A stretch of DNA of 64,000 nucleotides, taken from assembly GCF_032444005.1 (NCBI RefSeq), contig NC_091286.1, forward strand, positions 1,178,001 to 1,242,000, written 5' to 3'. A program made the position numbers and the translations under genes. The notes under the pieces are model-generated. The model searched no databases, was not told the DNA's origin, and worked only from the letters and a program-made list of their open reading frames with translations. This DNA is from Ranitomeya imitator (lineage: Eukaryota). Positions 1 to 10,716 of this stretch are shown here, one piece after another (positions within the stretch are counted from its first letter, which is position 1; every line of letters begins with the position of its first letter).

Positions 1-452
1 ATCAGGCAGAGAAAAATTTGCTGGCTCTGTGTCAGGGTCAGGATGAGGTAGAGATATATTGTCAGAAGTTTAGGAAGTGGTCTGTGCTCACTCAATGGAA
101 TGAATGTGCGCTGGCAGCAATTTTCAGAAAGGGTCTCTCTGAAGCCCTTAAGGATGTCATGGTGGGATTTCCTATGCCTGCTGGTCTGAATGAGTCTATG
201 TCTTTGGCCATTCATATCGGTCGACGCTTGCGTGAGCGTAAAACTGTGCACCATTTGGCGGTATTATCTGAGCATGGACCTGAGCCTATGCAGTGCGATA
301 GGACTTTGACCAGAGCTGAACGGCAAGAACACAGACGTCGGAATGGGCTGTGTTTTTACTGTGGTGATTCCACTCATGCCATCTCCGATTGTCCTAAGCG
401 CACTAAGCGGTTCGCTAGGTTCGCTTGGGTTGCCATGGCTACAAGTCCATAA
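1..452 (+). pseudogene. Gypsy gag C-terminus with zinc knuckle; protease region appears deleted
   Basis: CFYCGDSTHAISDC (CX2CX4HX4C). The sequence then jumps to the post-protease LGLPWLQVHNPVLDW segment with no D[ST]G motif visible. Confidence 0.8.
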
Positions 453-608
453 CCCAGTATTGGATTGGAAATCAATGTCTGTGTCCAGCTGGGGTTGTCA
501 GGGGGTACATGGTGATGTTCCATTTCTGTCTATTTCATCATCCACCCCTTCTGAGGTCCCAGAGTTCTTGTCCTACCTCCGCATAGAGATTGTGATTGTG
601 CTATCGAT

Positions 609-1748
609 TTGATTCCTGGTAGTAAGTTTCCTAAAGGTCGACTGTTTAATTTGTCTGTGCCTGAGCACGCCGCTATGCGGAGTTACGTAAAGGAATCCTT
701 GGAGAAGGGTCATATTCGCCCGTCGTCGTCGTCGCCATTGGGAGCAGGGTTCTTTTTTGTGGCCAAGAAGGATGGTTCGCTGAGACCTTGTATTGATTAC
801 CGCCTTCTAAATAAAATCACGGTCAAATTTCAGTACCCTTTGCCGCTGCTGTCTGATTTGTTTGCTCGGATTAAGGGGGCTAGTTGGTTCACCAAGATAG
901 ATCTTCGTGGTGCGTATAATCTTGTGCGTATTAAACAGGGCGATGAATGGAAAACAGCATTTAATACGCCCGAGGGCCATTTTGAGTACCTGGTTATGCC
1001 ATTCGGGCTTTCTAATGCTCCATCAGTGTTTCAGTCCTTTATGCATGACATCTTCCGAGAGTACCTGGATAAATTCCTGATTGTATACTTGGATGATATT
1101 TTGGTCTTCTCGGATGATTGGGAGTCTCACGTGAAGCAGGTCAGAATGGTGTTCCAGGTCCTGTGTGCGAATTCTTTGTTTGTGAAGGGGTCAAAGTGTC
1201 TCTTTGGTGTTCAGAATGTTTCATTTTTGGGTTTCATTTTTTCCCCTTCTACTATCGAGATGGACCCTGTTAAAGTTCAGGCCATTTATGATTGGACTCA
1301 TCCGACATCTCTGAAGAGTCTGCAAAAGTTCCTGGGCTTTGCTAATTTTTATCGTCGCTTCATCAATAATTTTTCTAGTATTGCTAAACCGTTGACTGAT
1401 TTAACCAAGAAGGGTGCTGATGTGGTCAATTGGTCTTCTGCTGCTGCGGAAGCTTTTCAAGAGTTGAAGCGTCGTTTTTCTTCTGCCCCTGTGTTGTGCC
1501 AACCAGATGTTTCGCTCCCGTTCCAGGTCGAGGTTGATGCTTCTGAGATTGGAGCAGGGGCTGTTTTGTCGCAAAGAAGTTCTGATGGCTCGGTGATGAA
1601 ACCATGCGCCTTCTTTTCCAGGAAGTTTTCGCCTGCTGAGCGTAATTATGATGTGGGCAACCAAGAGTTGCTGGCCATGAAGTGGGCATTCGAGGAGTGG
1701 CGTCATTGGCTTGAAGGAGCTAAGCATCGCCGTGGTGGTCTTGACTGA
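609..1748 (+). pseudogene. Gypsy pol: reverse transcriptase and RNase H (frameshifted into the next ORF)
   Basis: [37 protein letters not shown]; RNase H motifs [14 protein letters not shown] and [12 protein letters not shown]. Confidence 0.95.
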
Positions 1749-3378
1749 TCACAAGAATTTGACTTATCTCGAGTCTGCCAAACGGTTGAATCCTAGACAG
1801 GCTCGTTGGTCGCTGTTTTTCTCCCGTTTTGACTTTGTGGTTTCGTACCTTCCGGGTTCTAAAAATGTGAAGGCGGATGCCCTGTCTAGGAGTTTTGTGC
1901 CCGACTCTCCGGGTTTGTCTGAGCCGGCGGGTATTCTCAAAGAGGGGGTAATTTTGTCTGCCATCTCCCCTGATTTGCGGCGGGTGCTGCAAAAATTTCA
2001 GGCTAATAGACCTGACCGTTGCCCAGCGGAGAAACTGTTTGTCCCTGATAAATGGACGAGTAGAGTTATCTCTGAGGTTCATTGTTCAGTGTTGGCTGGT
2101 CATCCTGGAATCTTGGGTACCGGAGATTTGGAGGCAAGATCCTTCTGGTGGCCGTCTCTGTCGCGGGATGTGCGTTCGTTTGTGCAGTCCTGTGGGATTT
2201 GTGCTCGGGCTAAGCCCTGCTGTTCTCGTGCCAGTGGGTTGCTTTTGCCCTTGCCAGTCCCGAAGAGGCCCTGGACACATATCTCTATGGATTTTATTTC
2301 GGATCTCCCCGTCTCTCAAAAAATGTCAGTCATTTGGGTGGTTTGTGATCGCTTCTCTAAGATGGTCCATTTGGTACCCTTGTCTAAATTGCCTTCCTCC
2401 TCTGATTTGGTGCCATTGTTCTTCCAGTATGTGGTTCGTTTACATGGCATTCCGGCGAACATCGTTTCTGACAGAGGTTCCCAGTTTGTTTCGAGGTTTT
2501 GGCGAGCCTTTTGTGCTAGGATGGGCATTGATTTGTCTTTTTCCTCGGCTTTCCATCCTCAGACAAATGGCCAGACTGAACGAACCAATCAGACCTTGGA
2601 AACATATCTGAGATGTTTTGTTTCTGCTGATCAGGATGATTGGGTGTCCTTTTTGCCTTTGGCTGTGTTCGCCCTTAATAATCGGGCCAGCTCGGGTACT
2701 TTGGTTTCGCTGTTTTTCTGCAATTCTGGTTTCCATCCTCGTTTCTCTTCAGGGCAGGTTGAGTCTTCAGACTGTCCTGGTGTGGATACTGTGGTGGATA
2801 GGTTGCAGCAGATTTGGACTCATGTAGTGGACAATTTGACATTGTCCCAGGAGAAGGCTCAACGTTTTGCTAACCGCAGGCGCTGTGTGGGTCCCCGACT
2901 TCGTGTTGGGGATTTGGTTTGGTTGTCATCTCGTTATATTCCTATGAAAGTTTCCTCTCCTAAGTTTAAGCCTCGTTTCATTGGTCCGTATAGGATTTCT
3001 GAGGTTCTTAATCCTGTGTCTTTTCGTTTGACCCTTCCAGCTTCTTTTTCCATCCATAACGTATTCCATAGGTCATTGTTGCGGAGATACGTGGCACCTG
3101 TGGTTCCATCCGTTGATCCTCCTGCCCCGGTTTTGGTTGAGGGGGAGTTGCAGTATATAGTGGAGAAGATTTTGGATTCTCGTATTTCGAGACGGAAACT
3201 CCAGTACCTGGTTAAGTGGAAGGGTTATGGTCAGGAAGATAATTCCTGGGTCTTTGCCTCTGATGTTCATGCTGCCGATCTGGTTCGTGCCTTTCATTTG
3301 GCTCATCCTGGTCGGCCTGGGGGCTCTGATGAGGGTTCGGTGACCCCTCCTCAAGGGGGGGGGGGGGTACTGTTGTGA
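1711..3378 (+). pseudogene. Gypsy pol: end of RNase H, integrase, GPY/F motif and chromodomain
   Basis: HHCC (EVHCSVLAGHPG...CGIC); DDE motifs (ISMDF, VSDRGSQF, GQTERTNQ); KPRFIGPY; chromodomain YIVEKILDSR...QYLVKWKGYGQEDNSWV. Confidence 0.95.
3353..3367 (+). promoter_or_regulatory. Polypurine tract (plus-strand primer site)
   Basis: AA followed by 13 G, three bases upstream of the LTR start TGTTGTG. Confidence 0.85.
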
Positions 3379-3679
3379 ATTCTGTAGTCAAGCTCCCTCC
3401 TGTGGTCATGAGTGGTACTTCGGCTGGTTCTGTCTATGAGCTTCCTCTGGTGGATGTGAGTGGGGATGCGGCTTCTGAGTTTCCTTCCTCAGGTGACGAG
3501 ATTAAGTCGTTAGGTGCTGCTCTATTTAACTCCACCTAGTTCTTTGTTCCTGGCCTCCAGTCAATGTTCCAGTATTGGTCTTGCTCTCTCCTGGATCGTT
3601 CTTGTGGCCTGTCTGCCCTGCATAAGCTAAGTTTTGCTTGTGTTACTTTTGTTTGCTATATTTTCTGTCCAGCTTGCTA

Positions 3680-5292
3680 CAGGTCCTTCTCAAAAAATTA
3701 CCATATAGTGTTAAATTTCATTATTTACCATAATGTAATGATTACAATTAAACTTTCATATATTATAGATTCATTATCCACCAACTGAAATTTGTCAGGT
3801 CTTTTATTGTTTCAATACTGATGATTTTGGCATACAACTCCTGATAACCCAAAAAACCTGTCTCAATAAATTAGCATATTTCACCCATCCAATCAAATAA
3901 AAGTGTTTTTTAATAACAAACAAAAAAACCATCAAATAATAATGTTCAGTTATGCACTCAATACTTGGTCGGGAATCCTTTGGCAGAAATGACTGCTTCA
4001 ATGCGGCGTGGCATGGAGGCAATCAGCCTGTGACACTGCTGAGATGTTATGGAGGCCCAGGATGCTTCAATAGCGGCCTTAAGCTCATCCAGAGTGTTGG
4101 GTCTTGCGTCTCTCAACTTTCTCTTCACAATATCCCACAGATTCTCTATGGGGTTCAGGTCAGGAGAGTTGGCAGGCCAATTGAGCACAGTAATACCATG
4201 GTCAGTAAACCATTTACCAGTGGTTTTGGCACTGTGAGCAGGTGCCAGGTCGTGCTGAAAAATGAAATCTTCATCTCCATAAAGCATTTCAGCCGATGGA
4301 AGCATGAAGTGCTCCAAAATCTCCTGATAGCTAGCTGCATTGACCCTGCCCTTGATGAAACACAGTGGACCAACACCAGCAGCTGACATGGCACCCCACA
4401 CCATCACTGACTGTGGGTACTTGACACTGGACTTCAGGCATTTTGGCATTTCCTTCTCCCCAGTCTTCCTCCAGACTCTGGCACCTTGATTTCCGAATGA
4501 CATGCAAAATTTGCTTTCATCAGAAAAAAAGTACTTGGGACCACTTAGCAACAGTCCAGTGCTGCTTCTCTGTAGCCCAGGTCAGGCGCCTCTGCCGCTG
4601 TTTATGGTTCAAAAGTGGCTTTACCTGGGGAATGCGGCACCTGTAGCCCATTTCCTGCACACGCCTGTGCACGGTGGCTCTGGATGTTTCCACACCAGAC
4701 TCAGTCCACTGCTTCCTCAGGTTCCCCAAGGTCTGGAATCGGTCCTTCTCCACAATCTTCCTCAGGGTCCGGTCTCCTCTTCTCGTTGTACAGCGTTTTC
4801 TGCCACATTGTTTCCTTCCAACAGACTTACCATTGAGGTGCCTTGATACAGCACTCTGGGAACAGCCTATTTGTTGAGAAATTTCTTTCTGGGTCTTACC
4901 CTCTTGCTTGAGGGTGTCAATGATGGCCTTCTTGACATCTGTCAGGTCGCTAGTCTTACCCATGATGGGGGTTTTGAGTAATGAACCAGGCAGGGAGTTT
5001 ATAAAAGCCTCAGGTATCTTTTGCATGTGTTTAGAGTTAATTAGTTGATTCAGAAGATTAGGGTAATAGGTCGTTTAGAGAACCTTTTCTTGATATGCTA
5101 ATTTATTGAGACAGGTTTTTTGGGTTATCAGGAGTTGTATGCCAAAATCATCAGTATTAAAACAATAAAAGACCTGACAAATTTCAGTTGGTGGATAATG
5201 AATCTATAATATATGAAAGTTTAATTGTAATCATTACATTATGGTAAATAATGAAATTTAACACTATATGCTAATTTTTTGAGAAGGACCTG
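3680..5292 (-). mobile_element. Full-length Tc1 DNA transposon inserted in the Gypsy LTR
   Basis: TA duplications at 3678-3679 and 5293-5294. TIRs of about 200 bp (CAGGTCCTTCTCAAAAAATT...) differ at only 2 positions that I could see and contain inner and outer AAATTAGCATAT-type direct repeats. Confidence 0.97.
3958..4963 (-). pseudogene. Tc1 DD34E transposase with a single frameshift (334 aa if corrected)
   Basis: MGKTSDLT... paired-like HTH, GRKR linker, SDESKF, QHDLAPAH, DLNPIENLW (34 residues between D and E), C-terminal PTKY. The frameshift is at the A7 run near 4524-4530. Confidence 0.95.
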
Positions 5293-5804
5293 TATATTGG
5301 TTTTTCTTGCTTGCTGGAAGCTCTGAGACGCAGAGGGAGCACCTCCGTACCGTTAGTCGGTGTGGAGGGTCTTTTTGCCCCCTCTGCGTGGTTGTTTGTA
5401 GGTTTTTGTGCTGACCGCAAAGCTATCTTTCCTATCCTCGGTCTATTCAGCTAGTCGGGCCTCACTTTGCTAAAATCTATTTCATCTCTGTGTTTGTATT
5501 TTCATCTTTACTCACAGTCATTATATGTGGGGGGGCTGCCTTTTCCTTTGGGGAATTTCTCTGAGGCAAGGTAGGCTTATTTTTCTATCTTCAGGGCTAG
5601 CTAGTTTCTCAGGCTGTGCCCGAGGCGCCTAGGTCTGGTCAGGAGCGCTCCACGGCTACCTCTAGTGTGGTATGATAGGATTAGGGATTGCGGTCAGCAG
5701 AGTTCCCACGTCTCAGAGCTCGTCCTATGTTAGTAACTATCAGGTCACTTTGTGTGCTCTTAACCACTAGGTCCATTGTGGTTCTGAATCACCTGTTCAT
5801 AACA

Positions 5805-6209
5805 AATGTGTAATACACCCCCATAGTCATCCATATAGTACAATGCACTCCCCATAGTAAAATGCAACCCATAGTAATTAATATAGTATAATGCATTCCC
5901 AATAGTCCTCCATACAGTATAATACACTTCCCATAGTGGATATGGTATACTGCAGCACCCATATAGTATAATGCAAACCCTTAAATTATAATACAGCCAC
6001 CCTATAGTATAATACAGCTCCATATAGCATAATGCAGCCCCCATATAGTATAATGCAGCCTCCATATAGTACAATGCAGTTCCCATATGGGATAATGTAG
6101 CCCCCTCATAGTATAATGCAGACCAATATAGTATAATAGAGCCGCCATATAGTATAATGCAACCCCAATTAGGATAATGCAACCCTCACATAGTATATGC
6201 AGCCCCCAT
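5805..6209. repeat. Degenerate 22-23 bp minisatellite (CCATATAGTATAATGCAGCCCC type), segment 1
   Basis: Recurrent TATAGTATAATGCAGCCCCCA units. Confidence 0.85.
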
Positions 6210-6612
6210 ATCCCCACAGTTTTAAGCGTGCCCTAAAAACTCATTTGTTCAGACTGGCCTACCGCCTCAATGCATTAACCTAACGATCCCTGTGTGGCCT
6301 ATATTAAAAAAAAAAAAAAAAAATTAATTAACTGGTTCATGCAGCTTTACATGAACACCCAAGCCTTACACTATGGCTGGTCCGAATAACTATAGCAATT
6401 GTTACCATCCACCTCTCGTGTCTCCCCTTTTCCTCATAGTTTGTAAGCTTACGAGCAGGGCCCTCACTCCTCTTGATATCTGTTTTGAACTGTATTTCTG
6501 TTATGCTGTAATGTCTATTGTATGTACAAGTCCCCTCTATAATTTGTAAAGCACTGCGGAATATGTTGGCGCTATATAAATAAAAATTATTATTATTATT
6601 ATTATTATTATA
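6210..6612 (+). mobile_element. L2 LINE 3' fragment
   Basis: End of ORF2 (ALKTHLFRLAY), a 3' UTR matching the copy at 25335-26360, AATAAA and an (ATT)n tail. Confidence 0.85.
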
Positions 6613-6975
6613 TACTATAAAGCAGCCCAACCATACTATAATGCAGCCTCCTTAATGTATAATGCAGCCTCTATATAGTATAATGTAGACCCATGTAGTA
6701 TAATACAGCCCCCATATAGTATAGTGCAGCCCCATACAGTAAAATGTACCTTTCTTCATAAAGTATAATGCACCCCCAAAGTCCTCCAAATAGTATAATA
6801 CAACCCCCATATAGTACATATAGTATAATGCACACCCCACAATCCGTGACAGATTATATTGCAGCCCCATATAGTACATATAGTATAATGCACACCCCAT
6901 AGTCCTTGATAGAGTATAATGCAGCCCAAATATGGTACAATGCAGCCTCATATAGTATAATACAGCCCCAAAAGG
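6613..6975. repeat. 22-23 bp minisatellite, segment 2
   Basis: Same unit as 5805-6209. Confidence 0.85.
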
Positions 6976-6977
6976 TA

Positions 6978-8820
6978 CAGTTAAGTCCATATATATTTGG
7001 ACAGAGACAACATTTTTCTAATTTTGGTTCTAGACATTACCACAATGAATTTTAAACAAAACAATTCAGATGCAGTTGAAGTTCAGACTTTCAGCTTTCA
7101 TTTGAGGGTATCCACATTAAAATTGGATGAAGGGTTTAGGAATTTCAGCTCCTTAACATGTGCCACCCTGTTTTTAAAGGGACCAAAAGTAATTGGACAA
7201 TTGACTCCAAGGCTTTTTCATGGACAGGTGTGGGTAATCCCTTCGTTATGTCATTCTCAATTAAGCAGATAAAAGGCCTGGAGTTGATTTGAGGTGCGGT
7301 GCTGCATTTGGAAGGTTTTGCTGTGAAGTAAACATGCGGTAAAGGAGCTCTCTATGCAGGTGAAACAAGCCATCCTTAAGCTGCGAAAACAGAAAAAACC
7401 CATCCGAGAAATTGCTACAATATTAGGAGTGGCAAAATCTACAGTTTGGTACATCCTGAGAAAGAAAGAAAGCACTGGTGAACTCATCAATGCAAAAAGA
7501 CCTGGGCGCCCACGGGAGACAACAGTGGTGGATGATCACAGAATAATCTCCATGGTGAAGAGAAACCCCTTCACAACAGCCGACCAAGTGACCAACACTC
7601 TCCAGGAGGTCGGCGTATCAATATCCAAATCTACCATAAAGAGAAGACTGCATGAAAGTAACTACAGAGGGTTCACTGCACGGTGCAACCACTCATAAGC
7701 ATCAAGAAGAAAAAGGCTAAAAAACATCTAAAAAAGCCGCACAGTTCTGGAAGAACATTCTATAGACAGATGAAACCAACATCAACCTCTACCAGAATGA
7801 TGGAAAGAGAAAAGTATGGGGAAGGCGTGGTACAGCTCATGATCCAAAGCATACCACATCATCTGTAACACCCGGCGGAGGCAGTGTGATGGCGCGGGCA
7901 TGCATAAACCCGGCGGAGGCAGTGTGATGGCGCGGGCATGCATAAACCCGGCGGAGGCAGTGTGATGGCGCGGGCATGCATAAACCCGGCGGAGGCAGTG
8001 TGATGGCGCGGGCATGCATAAACCCGGCGGAGGCAGTGTGATGGCGCGGGCATGCATAAACCCGGCGGAGGCAGTGTGATGGCGCGGGCATGCATAAACC
8101 CGGCGGAGGCAGTGTGATCGCGCGGGCATGCATGGCTGCCAGTGGCACTGGGTCACTAGTGTTTATGGATGATGGGACAAGACAGAAGAATGAATTCTGG
8201 GGTCTTCAGAGACATACTGAGTGCTCAGATCCAGCCAAATGCAGCCAAACTGATTGGTCGTCGTTTCATACTACAGATGGACAATGACCCAAAACATAAA
8301 GCCAAAGCAACACAGGAGTTTATTAAAGCAAAGAAGTGGAATATTCTGGAATGGCCGAGTCAGTCACCTGATCTCAACCCAATTGAGCAGCATTTTACTT
8401 GTAAAAGACTAAACTTCAGACAGAAAGGCCCAGAAACAAACAGCAACTGAAAACCACCGCAGTGAAGGCCGAGCATCAAAAAGGGGGAAACACAGCGTCT
8501 GGTGATGTCCATGAGTTCAAGACTTCAGGCAGTCATTGCCAACAAAAGGTTTTCAGCCAAGTACTAGAAATGAACATTTTATTTACAATTATTGAATCTG
8601 TCCAATTACTTTTGGTCCCTTTATAAACAGGGTGGCACATGTTAAGGAGCTGAAACTCCTAAACCCTTCATCCAATTTTAATGTGGATACCCTCAAATGA
8701 AAGCTGAAAGTCTGAACTTCAACTGCATTTGAATTGTTTTGTTTAAAATTCTTTGTGGTAATGTCTGTAACCAAAATTAGAAAAATGTTGTCTCCGTCCA
8801 AATATATATGGACTTAACTG
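6978..8820 (+). mobile_element. Tc1 DNA transposon with a degenerate transposase
   Basis: TA flanks at 6976-6977 and 8821-8822. TIRs of about 220 bp (CAGTTAAGTCCATATATATTTGGAC...). Transposase fragments ELSMQVKQAIL, RPGRPRETT, LQMDNDPKH, WPSQSPDLNPIE. Confidence 0.95.
7868..8133 (+). repeat. 7 x 38-bp tandem repeat derived from the transposase coding sequence
   Basis: Unit AAACCCGGCGGAGGCAGTGTGATGGCGCGGGCATGCAT corresponds to the K(H/P)GGGSVMA(W/R)ACM segment. Confidence 0.95.
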
Positions 8821-9352
8821 TATAATACATCTCCCATATAGAATAATGCAGACTTGTATGGTATATTACAGCCTCCATATAGTATAATACAGCCTCCATA
8901 TAGTATAATGCAGCCCCCATATAGTATAATGCTGCCTCCACATATTATAATGCAGCCCCTATATAGTATAAAACAGCTCTCATATGCTATAATGCAGCCC
9001 CCATATAGTATAATACAGCTCTTATATGGTATAATACAGCCTCAATATAGTATAATACATATAATACAGCCCCCATATGGTATAATACTGCCTCTACATA
9101 GTATAATGCAGCCTCCATACAGTATAATACTGCCCCCATACGGTATAAAGTGGCCTCCACATAATATATTACAGCACCATATAGTATAATACAGTCCACA
9201 TATAGTATAATGCAGCCTCCATATAATATCATACAACCTTCATATGGTATAAAGCAGCCTCCATATAGTATAATACAGCTCCCATACAGTATAATACAGC
9301 ACACATATAGTATCATGCAGCCTCCATATGATAAAATGCAGCCTCCATAAAG
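8821..9352. repeat. 22-23 bp minisatellite, segment 3
   Basis: Same unit as the earlier segments. Confidence 0.85.
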
Positions 9353-9643
9353 TACAGGGTGAGCCATTTATATGGATATAAAGGCACAGATGATTGGCCT
9401 CGGGGAGACCAAAACATCCAACACCGCGGAGACACCATCACGTGTTTCTCAACGCAGTGATTCCAGAACACTGCCCCCATCCCTTATGGGAAATATGCAG
9501 ATGCATGTAAAGAAGCTGCGGAGACACCATCACGTGTTTCTCGACGCAAGCAGTGAATAGCCAGGCCTTTCCCCGGGAAGGAACAACCACGGGAAGGGCA
9601 GCATCCTGTGAAGGAAAGCCACCTATGCCAAGCATGGTATCCA

Positions 9644-9688
9644 TCCACAGACAGCTGTTTCGGGGTTTTTGCCCCTCATCAGTGTGGA
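9644..9688 (-). ncRNA. Minimal type I hammerhead ribozyme with an intact core
   Basis: Minus strand reads UCCACA-CUGAUGA-GGGG(CAAAAA)CCCC-GAAA-CAGCUGUC^UGUGGA: 6-bp stem I, 4-bp stem II, palindromic stem III (ACAGCUGU). The predicted GUC cleavage site lies between 9650 and 9649. Confidence 0.93.
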
Positions 9689-10124
9689 GTAGGAATCTGG
9701 CTATTAGGAGCAGTGCCTAGTAAAAAGGCTATAAAGGCACAGATGATTGGCCTCGGGGAGACCAAAACATCCAACACCGCGGAGACACCATCACGTGTTT
9801 CTCAACGCAGTGATTCCAGAACACTGCCCCCATCCCTTATGGGAAATATGCAGATGCATGTAAAGAAGCTGCGGAGACACCATCACGTGTTTCTCGACGC
9901 AAGCAGTGAATAGCCAGGCCTTTCCCCGGGAAGGAACAACCACGGGAAGGGCAGCATCCTGTGAAGGAAAGCCACCTATGCCAAGCATGTGTTCTGGAAT
10001 CACTGCGTTGAGAAACACGTGATGGTGTCTCCGCGGTGTTGGATGTTTTGGTCTCCCCGAGGCCAATCATCTGTGCCTTTATAGCCTTTTTACTAGGCAC
10101 TGCTCCTAATAGCCAGATTCCTAC

Positions 10125-10169
10125 TCCACACTGATGAGGGGCAAAAACCCCAAAACAGCTGTCTGTGGA
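10125..10169 (+). ncRNA. Hammerhead ribozyme copy with a G12A core mutation (predicted inactive)
   Basis: TCCACA CTGATGA GGGG CAAAAA CCCC AAAA CAGCTGTC TGTGGA; GAAA has become AAAA at 10152. Confidence 0.88.
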
Positions 10170-10716
10170 TGGATACCATGCTTGGCATAGGTGGCTTTCC
10201 TTCACAGGATGCTGCCCTTCCCGTGGTTGTTCCTTCCCGGGGAAAGGCCTGGCTATTCACTGCTTGCGTCGAGAAACACGTGATGGTGTCTCCGCAGCTT
10301 CTTTACATGAACCATTTATATGGATACGCATAAATGAAATGGGAATGGTGGGTGATATTAACTTCCTGTTTGCGGCAGGAGGGGAGGGGAAAACCTTTTC
10401 AGGATGGGTGGTGACCGTGGCGGACATTTTGAAGTCAGCCATTTTGGATCCAACTTTATTTTTTTCAATGGGAGGAGGATCATGGGATACATAAAACTCA
10501 TTGAGAATTTCACAAGAAACACAATGGTGTGCTTGGTTTTAACATAACTTTATTCTTTCATGAGTTATTTACAAGTTTGTGACCACTTATTGTGTTCAAA
10601 GTGCTGCCCATTGTGTGGGATTGTCAACGCAACCCTCTTCTCCCACTCATGACACACTGATAGCAACACCGCAGAAGAAATGCTAGCACAGGCTTCCAGT
10701 ATCCGCTGTTTCAGAT

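Larger units (their letters stand above)
1..5804 (+). mobile_element. Ty3/Gypsy chromovirus-type LTR retrotransposon (3' part: end of gag, pol, PPT, 3' LTR); 5' end lies outside the window
   Basis: Domain order is gag CCHC knuckle, RT, RNase H, integrase, chromodomain, then PPT and an LTR bounded by TGTTGTG...CATAACA. Confidence 0.95.
3371..5804 (+). repeat. 3' LTR of the Gypsy element (about 819 bp once the inserted Tc1 is removed)
   Basis: Starts TGTTGTGAATTC and ends CATAACA. Similar to the solo LTR at 28941-29737. Confidence 0.9.
9379..10308 (-). mobile_element. Hammerhead-ribozyme retroelement family A (retrozyme-like): about 1.7 tandem 353-bp units plus a 319-bp inverted segment
   Basis: Period 353 bp (TATAAAGGCACAG at 9377 and 9730). 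9990-10308 is the reverse complement of about 9504-9822. Flanked by the exact 15-bp duplication CCATTTATATGGATA (9364-9378 and 10312-10326). Confidence 0.88.

Noticed and set aside
3326-3350. CTGATGA followed by a GGGT/ACCC stem, as another hammerhead
   Set aside because: No GAAA follows stem II and there is no stem I or III. It lies in the Gypsy pol coding end.
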